Assembly (NCBI GenBank): GCA_964291405.2
Contig: OZ219926.1
Coordinates: forward strand, 1,056,001-1,120,000
Source of the DNA: Thermodesulfobacteriota bacterium
GTDB lineage: Bacteria > Desulfobacterota > Binatia > Bin18
Reading direction: 5' to 3'
Length of the DNA: 64,000 bases
The notes beneath the pieces are model-generated. The model saw nothing but the letters and a program-made list of their open reading frames with translations. It was not told where the DNA came from and did not search any database. Made by a program: the position numbers and the translations under genes. This document shows, in pieces, positions 10,195-22,078 of the stretch (positions are counted from its first letter, which is position 1; each line of letters begins with the position of its first letter).

Positions 10195-11172
10195 TCAGTC
10201 GCGCGCCGCTGCCCGGCGCAAGCGGTCCATGATTGCCCGACCCATACCGGTCTCAGGAACGGATTCGATGATGACTCGATCCAGTCCGGAAGTGTCCAGC
10301 CGCCGGAGCGCGGCAAACAGGTGGGCCGCCGCATCGAGCAGATTCCCGTCCTCTGACAGCGCTTCCGTTACTGTATAGCCGCGAGCATCTGATCGAGGGG
10401 TAAGACTGAGCAGCCCGAGCCGTTCTCCAGCCTCGGGCTGAGGCAAGGCGTCCCCAGGTCTCAGTAGGAGAACAGGGACGCGCGGCGCATAATGCGACAG
10501 CAGCGTTCCGGGTGAACGCCTATCCGTTTGCTCTGGCTCCCCCAGGCGGACCGGGCCGATGACCGACTCGATCTGTTCGAGCGTTACTCCTCCGGGCCGG
10601 AGCAGCACGGCCTGTTGCTCGGTCAGCGCACAGACCGTTGATTCAACGCCGACCGGGCACGGACCACCATCAATGATCAGATCAACCTGGTCCCCAAGTG
10701 AGTCACCCACATGCGCCGCGGTCGTCGGGCTGACGTACCCGAACGGGTTGGCACTCGGAGCCGCAATCGGGAAATCGACGGTCCGCAGGAGGGCCAGGGC
10801 AACCGGATGCGACGGCATGCGCAGCGCGACCGTCCCCAGCCCGGCAGTGACCAGGTCCGGAATGACAGGCCGTTTGGGCAGAACAAGCGTCAACGCGCCC
10901 GGCCAGAAAGTATCCATGAGTTGCCGGGCACGTTGATCAAGGGCGGTGGCATATTTTGCAGCGGCTCTTTTGTCTCCAATATGGACAATCAGCGGGTCGA
11001 ACTCGGGCCGGTTCTTGGCGGCAAAGACTTTGGCCACCGCCTTTTCGTTCAGCGCGTTCGCGCCCAGGCCGTAGACGGTTTCCGTGGGGAAGGCCACGAT
11101 CTCTCCGGCCCCGAGCCGTTCGGCCGCGTGCAGAATGGTCCGCGGGTCGTTACCGTCGAGAATGCGGGACAT
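10195..11172 (-). CDS. sua5: L-threonylcarbamoyladenylate synthase (Sua5 type, with C-terminal SUA5 domain)
   Basis: VAFPTETVYGLGA, KNRP, APSAN, GVEST, PG..SHYAP. Confidence 0.95.
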   Translation of the reverse strand: MSRILDGNDPRTILHAAERLGAGEIVAFPTETVYGLGANALNEKAVAKVFAAKNRPEFDPLIVHIGDKRAAAKYATALDQRARQLMDTFWPGALTLVLPKRPVIPDLVTAGLGTVALRMPSHPVALALLRTVDFPIAAPSANPFGYVSPTTAAHVGDSLGDQVDLIIDGGPCPVGVESTVCALTEQQAVLLRPGGVTLEQIESVIGPVRLGEPEQTDRRSPGTLLSHYAPRVPVLLLRPGDALPQPEAGERLGLLSLTPRSDARGYTVTEALSEDGNLLDAAAHLFAALRRLDTSGLDRVIIESVPETGMGRAIMDRLRRAAARD

Positions 11173-11192
11173 CGTATTTAGGGATTGGGTAC

Positions 11193-11230
11193 TAGGGGTT
11201 GGGGATTGGGGCCCCAATCCCCAACCCCTA
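11193..11230. repeat. Perfect 38-bp palindrome made of 7-mer G-rich units
   Basis: TAGGGGTTGGGGATTGGGG followed directly by its reverse complement CCCCAATCCCCAACCCCTA; extendable by TAGGGATT (11179) / AATCCCTA (11237). Confidence 0.9.
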
Positions 11231-11234
11231 ATCC

Positions 11235-13253
11235 CTACCCCCCCTCTTCCTCGGGTGTCAGATACGTATAGCTGCCCAGGACGGCTTCGTATTCTCTGAG
11301 CAGGTCTTCCTCCGCTTCGGCAGGGACGCCCGTTTGCTCAGCGCCTTCGCGTATGCGGGTGCGGAATGCGGCGAGGAGTTCTTCTCGTTCGTAGCGAAAA
11401 ATATGGAGAACGTCTTCTACCGTATGGCCCGGAATGATCTCGGCGATCTGCGCCGTACCGTTTTCATCAATCACGACCGAGACATCGTGGACGTGGCCAA
11501 AGAGATTGTGGTAGTCGCCCATGACATCCTGATACGCGCCCGTAAAAAACACCCCCAGATAATACGGCTCCCCGTTCAGGGCGTGGAGTTCCAGATACTC
11601 CTTGATGTCCCGCAGGTCTATAAAATTATCGACCTTGCCGTCCGAGTCGCAGGTGAGGTCCGCCAAATAGCCCTTCCGCTCGGGAATCTCGTTCAGCCGG
11701 TGAATCGGCATGATGGGAAAGAGCTGTTCGAGCGCCCAGGAATCTGGAATGGACTGAAAGACGGAAAAATTACAAATGAATTTATGCGCCAGGCGCTGTT
11801 CCAGGTCTTCAAACTCCTCGGGCATATGCTTGACCGCCTTGGCAAATTTGAGCGCCCGTTCGCACGTGCCCCAGAAGAGTTCCTGACCCAGCCCGCGGTC
11901 CTCCAGGGAGAGATAGCCAAGATTGAAGAGCGAAAACATTTCTTCGCGCTGCTCCAGGATGTCGTGATAATACTCACGGTAGTTCTTGGCGTTCGTCCCG
12001 GTATAGATATCATACATCTCCTGGATGACTTCCGGCCGGCTCTCATAGTCATCGACCCGCACCGGGCCGTTCGAGAGCCCGATTTCATCGACGCTATTGA
12101 AGACCAGCATGGCGTGCGGCGCGGCGATCATCCGTCCGGTTTCCGTCAGCACGGTGGGCTCTTCAACTCCCTCGCTCTCACACACCTCTTTGATCGAGTA
12201 AATAATGTCGTTGGCATACTCCTGGACAGAATAATTGACGCTCGACTCCGAAGCCGTGCGGGAGCCGTCATAATCAATGCCCAGCCCGCCACCCACATCG
12301 AGACAGGTAAGCTGCGGACAGAACTGGCGCAGCTTGGCGTAGGTGCGGGCCGCTTCCTTGACCGCGTACTTCACCCGTCTGATCTCCGTGACCTGTGAGC
12401 CGATGTGAAAGTGCAGCAGGCTCAGACAGTCGAGCATGTCGGCTTCTCGGAGGGAACGAATACATTTGAGGAGGTCTGTTGTGGTGAACCCGAACTTGGA
12501 CAAATCACCGCTCGATTTCTCCCACTTCCCGCTCCCACGGGCCGACAATTTGAGGCGGAGGCCAATACGCGGGCGGACGCCGAAGCGTTGGCTCCACGCC
12601 AGCAGAGCGTGCAGCTCAAAGATGCTCTCCACTACGATAAAGACGCGCTTGCCGATCTGCGTGCCGATCAGAGCCAGTTTGATATAGCCTACGTCCTTCA
12701 CCCCATTGCAGATAATGGGCGAGTGCCGGTTATGGGTCAGCGCCAATGCAACGGCCAGCTCGGCCTTGCTGCCGACCTCAAGACCGACCTGGTACGGGTC
12801 TCCAAAGCGGAGGACATCCCGCACCACCTCTTTTTTCTGATTGACCTTGATGGGATAGGCCGGGATGTAGTCCTTGCGGTAGCCGAATTCCTTGATGGCA
12901 GACTCAAAGGCTCCGGCCAGGATGTTCAGCTGATGCTGGATAATCTGGGGGAAACGCAGCACAACCGGCGTAGCAATGCCCTGGTCTCCGAGTTGGGTAA
13001 CCAAGGCTTTCAGTGGGGTGTGAGCGGGCTGCGACGTGGGGAAGGCACACACGACTTCTCCGTTGTCATTCACCCGGAAGTACTCACTGCCCCAGTTCCG
13101 AATACCGTACAGGGCGATCGTCTCTTCCAGCACCGTTTGGGCAGACAAGGCTCGGCTGTCCACAACCGTCACCTCGGCTCCCCACGCCGGTGTCAGGGAA
13201 AGCTGTCTGGCTTCCTTGGGTTCGCTCTTGGTCAGACGAGTCATGAAAGACAC
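11235..13253 (-). CDS. speA: Biosynthetic arginine decarboxylase
   Basis: YPIKVNQ (PLP Lys), GLEVGSKAEL, HFHIGSQ, DVGGGLGIDYDG, DLTCDSDG; start GTG 13253 or ATG 13244. Confidence 0.95.
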   Translation of the reverse strand: MSFMTRLTKSEPKEARQLSLTPAWGAEVTVVDSRALSAQTVLEETIALYGIRNWGSEYFRVNDNGEVVCAFPTSQPAHTPLKALVTQLGDQGIATPVVLRFPQIIQHQLNILAGAFESAIKEFGYRKDYIPAYPIKVNQKKEVVRDVLRFGDPYQVGLEVGSKAELAVALALTHNRHSPIICNGVKDVGYIKLALIGTQIGKRVFIVVESIFELHALLAWSQRFGVRPRIGLRLKLSARGSGKWEKSSGDLSKFGFTTTDLLKCIRSLREADMLDCLSLLHFHIGSQVTEIRRVKYAVKEAARTYAKLRQFCPQLTCLDVGGGLGIDYDGSRTASESSVNYSVQEYANDIIYSIKEVCESEGVEEPTVLTETGRMIAAPHAMLVFNSVDEIGLSNGPVRVDDYESRPEVIQEMYDIYTGTNAKNYREYYHDILEQREEMFSLFNLGYLSLEDRGLGQELFWGTCERALKFAKAVKHMPEEFEDLEQRLAHKFICNFSVFQSIPDSWALEQLFPIMPIHRLNEIPERKGYLADLTCDSDGKVDNFIDLRDIKEYLELHALNGEPYYLGVFFTGAYQDVMGDYHNLFGHVHDVSVVIDENGTAQIAEIIPGHTVEDVLHIFRYEREELLAAFRTRIREGAEQTGVPAEAEEDLLREYEAVLGSYTYLTPEEEGG

Positions 13254-13495
13254 CCACCTTAGTCAGTCATATATCTGGTACACTGTTGCTCTCTCAGCAA
13301 AGGAGGGGCAACGAGTTCTATGACAGTTGAGTTGTGACGGATACAGGTAAACTGAAGCTGACGAGTGATACTCGACGGGAGAATTTCACCCAAAGGGGAG
13401 CTACTGCGGAAAAAATAGTGAAAACAATGAGTTCGGCCAATGTTCGGGATCGCAATCTGTCTCTAATTTCCAGCCCGTCCTCCAGCCCGTCCACT

Positions 13496-13524
13496 TATAT
13501 AGTAATTTTCACATTTCGTGTCAA
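13496..13524 (-). promoter_or_regulatory. Putative sigma70 promoter for speA
   Basis: Minus strand TTGACA-N17-TATATA; implies a ~240-nt 5' leader. Confidence 0.55.
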
Positions 13525-13546
13525 AAGTTCAGCCGTGAGGGTGGCA

Positions 13547-13575
13547 TTGAGCCCGGAAACGCCATCCCTTACAAT
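13547..13575 (+). promoter_or_regulatory. Putative sigma70 promoter for aguB-aguA
   Basis: TTGAGC-N17-TACAAT, 10 nt before ATG 13586. Confidence 0.5.
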
Positions 13576-13585
13576 TTCTCCCGTC

Positions 13586-14476
13586 ATGACAGCGACCCCT
13601 TCCTCCGCTCACACCCAGCAGGTCATCCTCGGCCTGGTGCAGATGGCGTGTAGCGACCGGCCAAGCGCCAACCTGGACAGGGCTATTGCCGCTATCCAGG
13701 GGGCTGCCCGGCAGGGGGCGCAGATCATCTGTCTCCAGGAATTGTTCGGGTCGCGCTATTTCTGCCAGAGCGAAGATGTTGAGCAGTTCGCCCTGGCCGA
13801 GCCCATCCCCGGACCCACCACCGAGCGCCTGGGCCAACTCGCCGCTGCCCATCAGGTCGTCCTGATCGTACCCGTATTCGAGAAAAGAGCAGAGGGGATT
13901 TTTCATAACACCGCGGTGGTGATCGATGCCGACGGGTCGCTCCTCGGTCAGTACCGCAAGATGCATATCCCGGATGACCCGCTCTATTACGAGAAGTTCT
14001 ACTTTACCCCCGGCGATCTCGGCTTTCGGACCTTCCACACCCGCTACGCGCGGATTGGAGTGCTCATCTGCTGGGACCAATGGTTTCCCGAGGGCGCACG
14101 GCTCACCGCACTGAGCGGCGCCCAGGTCCTGTTTTATCCAACCGCTATTGGCGACCATCCGGACGACGGGGCCGAAGAGCATCAGGCGCAGCGGGAAGCC
14201 TGGCAGATCATGCAACGCAGCCACGCGATCGCCAACGGGCTGTATGTCGCCGCGGTCAACCGCGTCGGCCAGGAAGGGGCGCTCAATTTCTGGGGCACGT
14301 CCTTTGTCAGCGACCCGTTTGGCCGCATCCTCAAGCAGGCGAGTGCCGACGACGAGGAAACCCTGATTGTTCCGTGCGCGCTCGACCGGCTCAACACCAC
14401 GCGCCAGTATTGGCCGTTTTTCCGCGACCGCCGGATTGACGCCTATGCAGACCTGACCCGGCGTTGGGGAGAGTGA
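13586..14476 (+). CDS. aguB: N-carbamoylputrescine amidohydrolase (carbon-nitrogen hydrolase)
   Basis: LQELF, YRKMHIPDDP.YYEKFYF, ICWDQWFPE; next to agmatine deiminase and speA. Confidence 0.9.
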   Translation: MTATPSSAHTQQVILGLVQMACSDRPSANLDRAIAAIQGAARQGAQIICLQELFGSRYFCQSEDVEQFALAEPIPGPTTERLGQLAAAHQVVLIVPVFEKRAEGIFHNTAVVIDADGSLLGQYRKMHIPDDPLYYEKFYFTPGDLGFRTFHTRYARIGVLICWDQWFPEGARLTALSGAQVLFYPTAIGDHPDDGAEEHQAQREAWQIMQRSHAIANGLYVAAVNRVGQEGALNFWGTSFVSDPFGRILKQASADDEETLIVPCALDRLNTTRQYWPFFRDRRIDAYADLTRRWGE

Positions 14477-14484
14477 AGTGAGTG

Positions 14485-14512
14485 GTAGGGGCAATTCATG
14501 AATTGCCCCTAC
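14485..14512. repeat. 28-bp GTAG REP palindrome, copy 1
   Basis: GTAGGGGCAATTCATGAATTGCCCCTAC, identical to 24929-24956 and 46122-46149. Confidence 0.95.
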
Positions 14513-14524
14513 ATTTATCAAAGT

Positions 14525-15622
14525 ATGACCGCCCGCTCACCATTCACCACTCTCCGCTCTCCCACACCCGCCCAGCTCAGCTTTCGGATGCCTGCGGAAT
14601 GGGAGCCGCACGCCGCCACCTGGCTGGCTTGGCCGCATAATCGGGACACTTGGCCCGGCATGGACTCGGCCATTGCCGCGGTATACGTCCAGATGATCGC
14701 CGCCCTGCACCAGGACGAACGGGTGCATATTTGTGTGAATGATCCCGAGACCGCGGGGCGCGTCCACCGTACGCTAGACACCGCCGGAGTGGACCTGGCT
14801 CGTATTGGCATATACGAAATTCCGACCAACGATGCCTGGACCCGGGATCACGGCCCGATCTTTCTGACCCGTCGGCACGGACAGCTGACCGAACTCGGTC
14901 TGACAAACTGGACGTTTAACGCCTGGGGGGCCAAATACCCGCCGTGGGACCTGGACGACCGCGTTCCGGAACGTATCGCCCAGTACCTCAACCTGAGCTC
15001 GTTTACTCCGGGCATGGTGCTTGAGGGCGGGTCCATTGATGTCAACGGCCGGGGCATGCTGCTGACGACCGAGTCCTGCTTACTCAACCCCAATCGCAAT
15101 CCGACGCTCACCCGCTCCGATATTGGGCATATCCTGAGGGAGTTTCTCGGGGTTCACCACATTGGCTGGCTCGGCGAGGGGATCGTTGGAGATGACACAG
15201 ACGGCCATGTGGACGATATTGCCCGGTTCGTCAATCCCACGACCGTGGTGTGTGCGGTCGAAGACGATCCAACCGACATGAACTACAAGCCGCTCCAGGA
15301 CAACCTCCATCGACTGCGGTCCATACGCGACCAGGACGGGCGACCGCTCCGCATTGTGCCGCTCCCCATGCCCGGTCCGGTAGGGGATGACGCCGAACGC
15401 TTACCTGCCAGTTATGCCAATTTCTATATCGCCAATCGCACCGTACTGGTCCCAACCTATGACCATCCCCATGACCGCACCGCTCAGGCCGTCCTCCAAG
15501 AGCTGTTTCCGGGGCGACGCGTCCGAGGAATTCCGTGTCGCGAGCTTGTCGTCGGCCTCGGCGCGTTGCACTGCGTCACCATGCAGCAGCCAGCGTGTGA
15601 CGGGAATTATCGACAGGCGTGA
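14525..15622 (+). CDS. aguA: Agmatine deiminase
   Basis: MPAEWEPH, DAWTRDHGP, LEGGSI, DDTDGHVD, ASYANF, GALHCVTMQQP. Confidence 0.95.
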   Translation: MTARSPFTTLRSPTPAQLSFRMPAEWEPHAATWLAWPHNRDTWPGMDSAIAAVYVQMIAALHQDERVHICVNDPETAGRVHRTLDTAGVDLARIGIYEIPTNDAWTRDHGPIFLTRRHGQLTELGLTNWTFNAWGAKYPPWDLDDRVPERIAQYLNLSSFTPGMVLEGGSIDVNGRGMLLTTESCLLNPNRNPTLTRSDIGHILREFLGVHHIGWLGEGIVGDDTDGHVDDIARFVNPTTVVCAVEDDPTDMNYKPLQDNLHRLRSIRDQDGRPLRIVPLPMPGPVGDDAERLPASYANFYIANRTVLVPTYDHPHDRTAQAVLQELFPGRRVRGIPCRELVVGLGALHCVTMQQPACDGNYRQA

Positions 15623-15653
15623 ACATGTACACATCGCGCTCGATCAAGGATAA

Positions 15654-18225
<2,572 letters not shown>

Positions 18226-18342
18226 GGCCGCATCCTACGCCCTGGGGCACAGAAAGCAACGCGCGGGCCGCGACCACGCGGGCTAGAAGCCCGTCCCCCT
18301 AGGTGGTATGACTCGGACGATCCAATACAGAAAGCGAGCGAC

Positions 18343-19908
18343 ATGGAGACGCAATCAAGCTCACAAGCCCTGACTGGTGCGGAAGTTGCCATTCAGACCG
18401 CGGCCGCGGCCGGTATTGATGTATGTTTTGCCAATCCGGGCACGACCGAATTATACCTCGTGCAGGCCCTCGACCGCTGTCCGGGCATCAAACCGGTGCT
18501 GGCGGTTTTTGAGGGCGTGTGTACCGGCGCGGCTGACGGCTATGCGCGGGTCGCCGGCCGCCCGGCCTTGGCCCTGCTCCATCTGGGTCCGGGGCTGGCC
18601 AACGGACAGGCCAATTTGCATAACGCCCGCAAGGCCCACTCGCCCGTGGTGTCCATTGTGGGCGAACACGCCACCTGGCATATTGCCGCCAACGCGCCGC
18701 TGACCGCGGATATTGAAACCCTGGCCCAGCCCATGTCCCAATTCGTCCTGACCGCAAAAAGCCCGGACACGGTCGGGCAGGACATGGCCGAGGTCATTGC
18801 TCGCGCGGCCCAGTTGCCAACCGGCCCGACCACGTTGATTCTGCCGGGCGATATCCAATGGGCAAACGTCAACACTCCACCCGTCCAACCGGAGATTGCC
18901 GCGCCCGCACCGCCGGATGCGGACGAGATCGAACGCGCGGCCCGGGCGCTCCGTGCGGGCCAGACCGCGCTGGTGCTGAGCGGCAGTGCGCTGCGTAGCG
19001 CGGGTCTGCAAGCCGCCGACCGGATCGAACGGGCGACCGGCTGCCGAGTGCTGACGCCGACCTTTCCGCCCATTCAGGATCGCGGCCTCGGCTTGATCTC
19101 CCCGGACAAAATCCCCTACGCGCCGGAACCGGCCAGTCAGCTCCTGGAGCCGTATGAAAACGTCATACTGGCCGGCGCGCACGAACCGGTCGCGTTTTTC
19201 GGCTATCCGAACACCCGCAGCAGTCTGTGCGCAGAGGATGCGCAGCTCATTCAGTTATGCAGCGACACGATCGACCCGGCGACTGCCCTCACCGCGCTCG
19301 CCGATGCGCTTGACGCGCCCGCCGTGCGCACAGCGCTCGCCGTGCCCCGTCCGGAAGTGCCGAGCGGTCCCCTCACCCCGGCCAATATGTGTCGAGCCCT
19401 GGCCGCGGCCCAGCCCGAGGGGGCGATTGTCATGGATGAGGGCGCGACCGCGGGGTTCGCCTATCATGGCATGGCCGGCGGAGCGCCGCCGTTTACGTAT
19501 ATGGCGCTAACGGGCGGCTCTATAGGCCAGGGGCTGCCGTGTGCGGTGGGAGCGGCGGCGGCGGCCCCGGACCGTCCGACCATCTGCCTCGAAGGCGACG
19601 GCTCTTCGCTGTACACCATTCAGTCCTTGTGGACCATGGCCCGCGAGCAACAGAATCTGACCAGTATTATCTGTAAGAACCGAGCCTATTCCATTCTGCG
19701 CTGGGAGTTGGAACGCGCCAAAATGACACCGGGGGAGGCCAGCCTGTCGCTGACGGCGCTCGACTCGCCCGAGTTCGACTTTGTGAAATTGGCCGAGGGC
19801 TTTGGGGTGGAAGGCCGGGCGGTGCATACCACGGAAGAACTCAACGAGGCTCTCCACTCCGCCTTCAAAAACCCAGGGCCGATGCTTATTGAGGCCAATC
19901 TCGAATAG
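18343..19908 (+). CDS. Thiamine-diphosphate enzyme, acetolactate synthase large-subunit-like
   Basis: FANPGTTE, FEGVCTGAADGYAR, GDGSSLYTIQSLWT...N ThDP motif. Confidence 0.88.
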   Translation: METQSSSQALTGAEVAIQTAAAAGIDVCFANPGTTELYLVQALDRCPGIKPVLAVFEGVCTGAADGYARVAGRPALALLHLGPGLANGQANLHNARKAHSPVVSIVGEHATWHIAANAPLTADIETLAQPMSQFVLTAKSPDTVGQDMAEVIARAAQLPTGPTTLILPGDIQWANVNTPPVQPEIAAPAPPDADEIERAARALRAGQTALVLSGSALRSAGLQAADRIERATGCRVLTPTFPPIQDRGLGLISPDKIPYAPEPASQLLEPYENVILAGAHEPVAFFGYPNTRSSLCAEDAQLIQLCSDTIDPATALTALADALDAPAVRTALAVPRPEVPSGPLTPANMCRALAAAQPEGAIVMDEGATAGFAYHGMAGGAPPFTYMALTGGSIGQGLPCAVGAAAAAPDRPTICLEGDGSSLYTIQSLWTMAREQQNLTSIICKNRAYSILRWELERAKMTPGEASLSLTALDSPEFDFVKLAEGFGVEGRAVHTTEELNEALHSAFKNPGPMLIEANLE

Positions 19909-19935
19909 GAGCGTCGTGCTATCCGCTGAACGATC

Positions 19936-21420
19936 ATGAACATTCCGTCCGAGCTGTACCGGCCCTCCCTGACCCTGCTGACCGACCTCTACCAGCTCAC
20001 CATGGCCTATGGCTATTGGAAGTCAGGGCTCGCCGACCGAGAATCCGTTTTTAACCTCTTCTTCCGCCAAAACCCCTTTGGGGGAAGCTTCAGCATTGCC
20101 TGCGGCCTTGAATATATGGTGGATTTTCTGCGCCATTTTCGGTTCGATGCGGACGATACGGCCTTTCTGACCGAGGTGTGCGGCGCCGACGGCAAACCCC
20201 TGTTCGACCGGGCGTTTCTTGACGCCTTGGAGTCCATGACCTTCAGTTGCCAGATCGATGCCATCCCGGAAGGCACGCTGGTTTTTCCGCCCGAGCCGCT
20301 GGTCCGCGTCCAAGGACCACTGATGCAGTGCCAGCTTATCGAGACGGCGCTGCTCAACCTGATCAACTTCCAAACGCTGGTCGCGACCAAAGCCGCCCGG
20401 ATCTGCCTGGCGACCGGCGGCGAACCCGTCCTGGAGTTCGGCCTGCGCCGCGCCCAGGGCATCGACGGGGGCCTGGCCGCCAGCCGGGCCGCGTATATTG
20501 GCGGCTGCGACGCCACCTCAAACGTGCTGGCCGGCAAGCTGTTCGGGATTCCGGTTAGAGGCACGCACGCGCATAGTTGGGTCATGGTCTTTGAGGATGA
20601 CCTGGAAGCATTCCAGACCTATGCCGAGGCCATGCCCAATAACTGCATCTTTCTGGTGGACACCTATAATACCCTGGAAGGTGTCCGGAAAGCCGCCCAG
20701 GTGGGGCAATGGCTGCGGGCTCACGGTCATGAAATGGTCGGTATCCGCCTCGATTCGGGCAACCTGGCCCAGCTCAGCATCGCAGCCCGGAACATTCTGG
20801 ACGACGCCGGCTTTCCCAACACGCGCATTGTCGGCAGCAGTGATCTGGACGAACGCCTGATCACCCAACTCAAGGAGCAGGGCAGTACGATTGATGTGTG
20901 GGGGGTGGGGACGAAACTCGTGACCGCGTACGATCAGCCCGCCCTGGGCGGGGTGTATAAGCTGACCGCGGTCCGCGCTCCGGATGGCTCGTGGCAGGAC
21001 AGAATCAAGCTGTCGGAAGAGACGGTGAAGGTGACCAATCCGGATATTCCCCAGGTTCGCCGTTACCACGCACAAAAAGGGTTTCTGTGCGACGTGATGT
21101 ATAGCAAAGAGGCTGACCTCGCAGACGGCTGCACCATGGTCGATGTGAGCGATCCGGCCGGCCGCCGCAGGATTCCGGGGGACACGGCTTTTTCCGACTT
21201 ATTGGCGCCGGTGTTCCGTCAGGGCAGAGCCGTCTACGAAAGCCCACCTCTGAGCCACATCCGCCAGCGGACTCAGGAACAGCTCACCAAGCTTCCGAGT
21301 GATATCACCCGCCTGAACCGGCCGGGACAGTATCCGGTCGGGCTTGAAGAAAGCCTGTACGAACGCAAGACCCAGCTTATCCGTCAGGCGGAGTTGGCTT
21401 CCGCTACTACAGATGCATAA
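19936..21420 (+). CDS. pncB: Nicotinate phosphoribosyltransferase
   Basis: [39 protein letters not shown]. Confidence 0.95.
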   Translation: MNIPSELYRPSLTLLTDLYQLTMAYGYWKSGLADRESVFNLFFRQNPFGGSFSIACGLEYMVDFLRHFRFDADDTAFLTEVCGADGKPLFDRAFLDALESMTFSCQIDAIPEGTLVFPPEPLVRVQGPLMQCQLIETALLNLINFQTLVATKAARICLATGGEPVLEFGLRRAQGIDGGLAASRAAYIGGCDATSNVLAGKLFGIPVRGTHAHSWVMVFEDDLEAFQTYAEAMPNNCIFLVDTYNTLEGVRKAAQVGQWLRAHGHEMVGIRLDSGNLAQLSIAARNILDDAGFPNTRIVGSSDLDERLITQLKEQGSTIDVWGVGTKLVTAYDQPALGGVYKLTAVRAPDGSWQDRIKLSEETVKVTNPDIPQVRRYHAQKGFLCDVMYSKEADLADGCTMVDVSDPAGRRRIPGDTAFSDLLAPVFRQGRAVYESPPLSHIRQRTQEQLTKLPSDITRLNRPGQYPVGLEESLYERKTQLIRQAELASATTDA

Positions 21421-21445
21421 ATAGCTGACGGCATCCTCTCAGCCG

Positions 21446-22078
21446 CTACCAACTCCTTACCTCACGAGCCAGGGCACCAAATCCGGTAGGAAAGCGCTGT
21501 TCGAGGAGCTGTAAATCCTGAACGAGCCGTCGCGCCTCTTCTGTTGCACGACGGGTTTCCTGGTCCAGCGAAGGACGTGACGTTTCGTACACATCTTCTT
21601 TCAGGCTTCTCGTAGTATAGGGAAAAGGACCCGATGAAAGTCCTGCTATCCAAGCAGCCTCAGTGACATGAGGATCGAGACCACATTGATACCAGGCTTC
21701 TACTGCTGGAACGGCTATACCGACGGCAATCTTAATCTGAGGGCGCCCCTGAACGGGTCGAAGTCGGGCAAGAACCGAATCAACAGTCTGACGTATTTTG
21801 CAAAGCCTGCACCTCTCATCGACACCGCCCTCCTGCTCATGCTCCGGCTTATGCACCGGTGTCTGGTCGGAATCCACTACAATGACGAGAGCATCTGCAT
21901 CCGTTCGGTAGTGCAAGTGCTTTAGGACAGTTGGAAGGATTGTGAAAACGCCGGAGACGCCGCGTACTCGGATTGGGGGCATATCAGCCGGTTGAGTGTG
22001 GTTACCGAGAATGCCGTCAATGAGAATACGAATCGCCGCCTCGTCCGCCGGCGATTCGCTCAGGACCGCTACCCTCAT
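21446..22078 (-). CDS. Hypothetical TOPRIM-like protein (DUF4276/RloB-like) coupled to an ATPase
   Basis: VAVLSE.PAD (TOPRIM Glu), VIVVDSD (DxD), VPAVEAW; ATGA overlap with the ATPase stop. Confidence 0.6.
   Translation of the reverse strand: MRVAVLSESPADEAAIRILIDGILGNHTQPADMPPIRVRGVSGVFTILPTVLKHLHYRTDADALVIVVDSDQTPVHKPEHEQEGGVDERCRLCKIRQTVDSVLARLRPVQGRPQIKIAVGIAVPAVEAWYQCGLDPHVTEAAWIAGLSSGPFPYTTRSLKEDVYETSRPSLDQETRRATEEARRLVQDLQLLEQRFPTGFGALAREVRSW

Noticed and set aside
13334-13585. N-terminal extensions in the ORF track (aguB, and likewise 451, 7905, 11217, 18160, 23241, 32412, 32956, 48251)
   Set aside because: They overlap promoters or neighbouring genes and lack family similarity; downstream starts fit the motifs and RBS better
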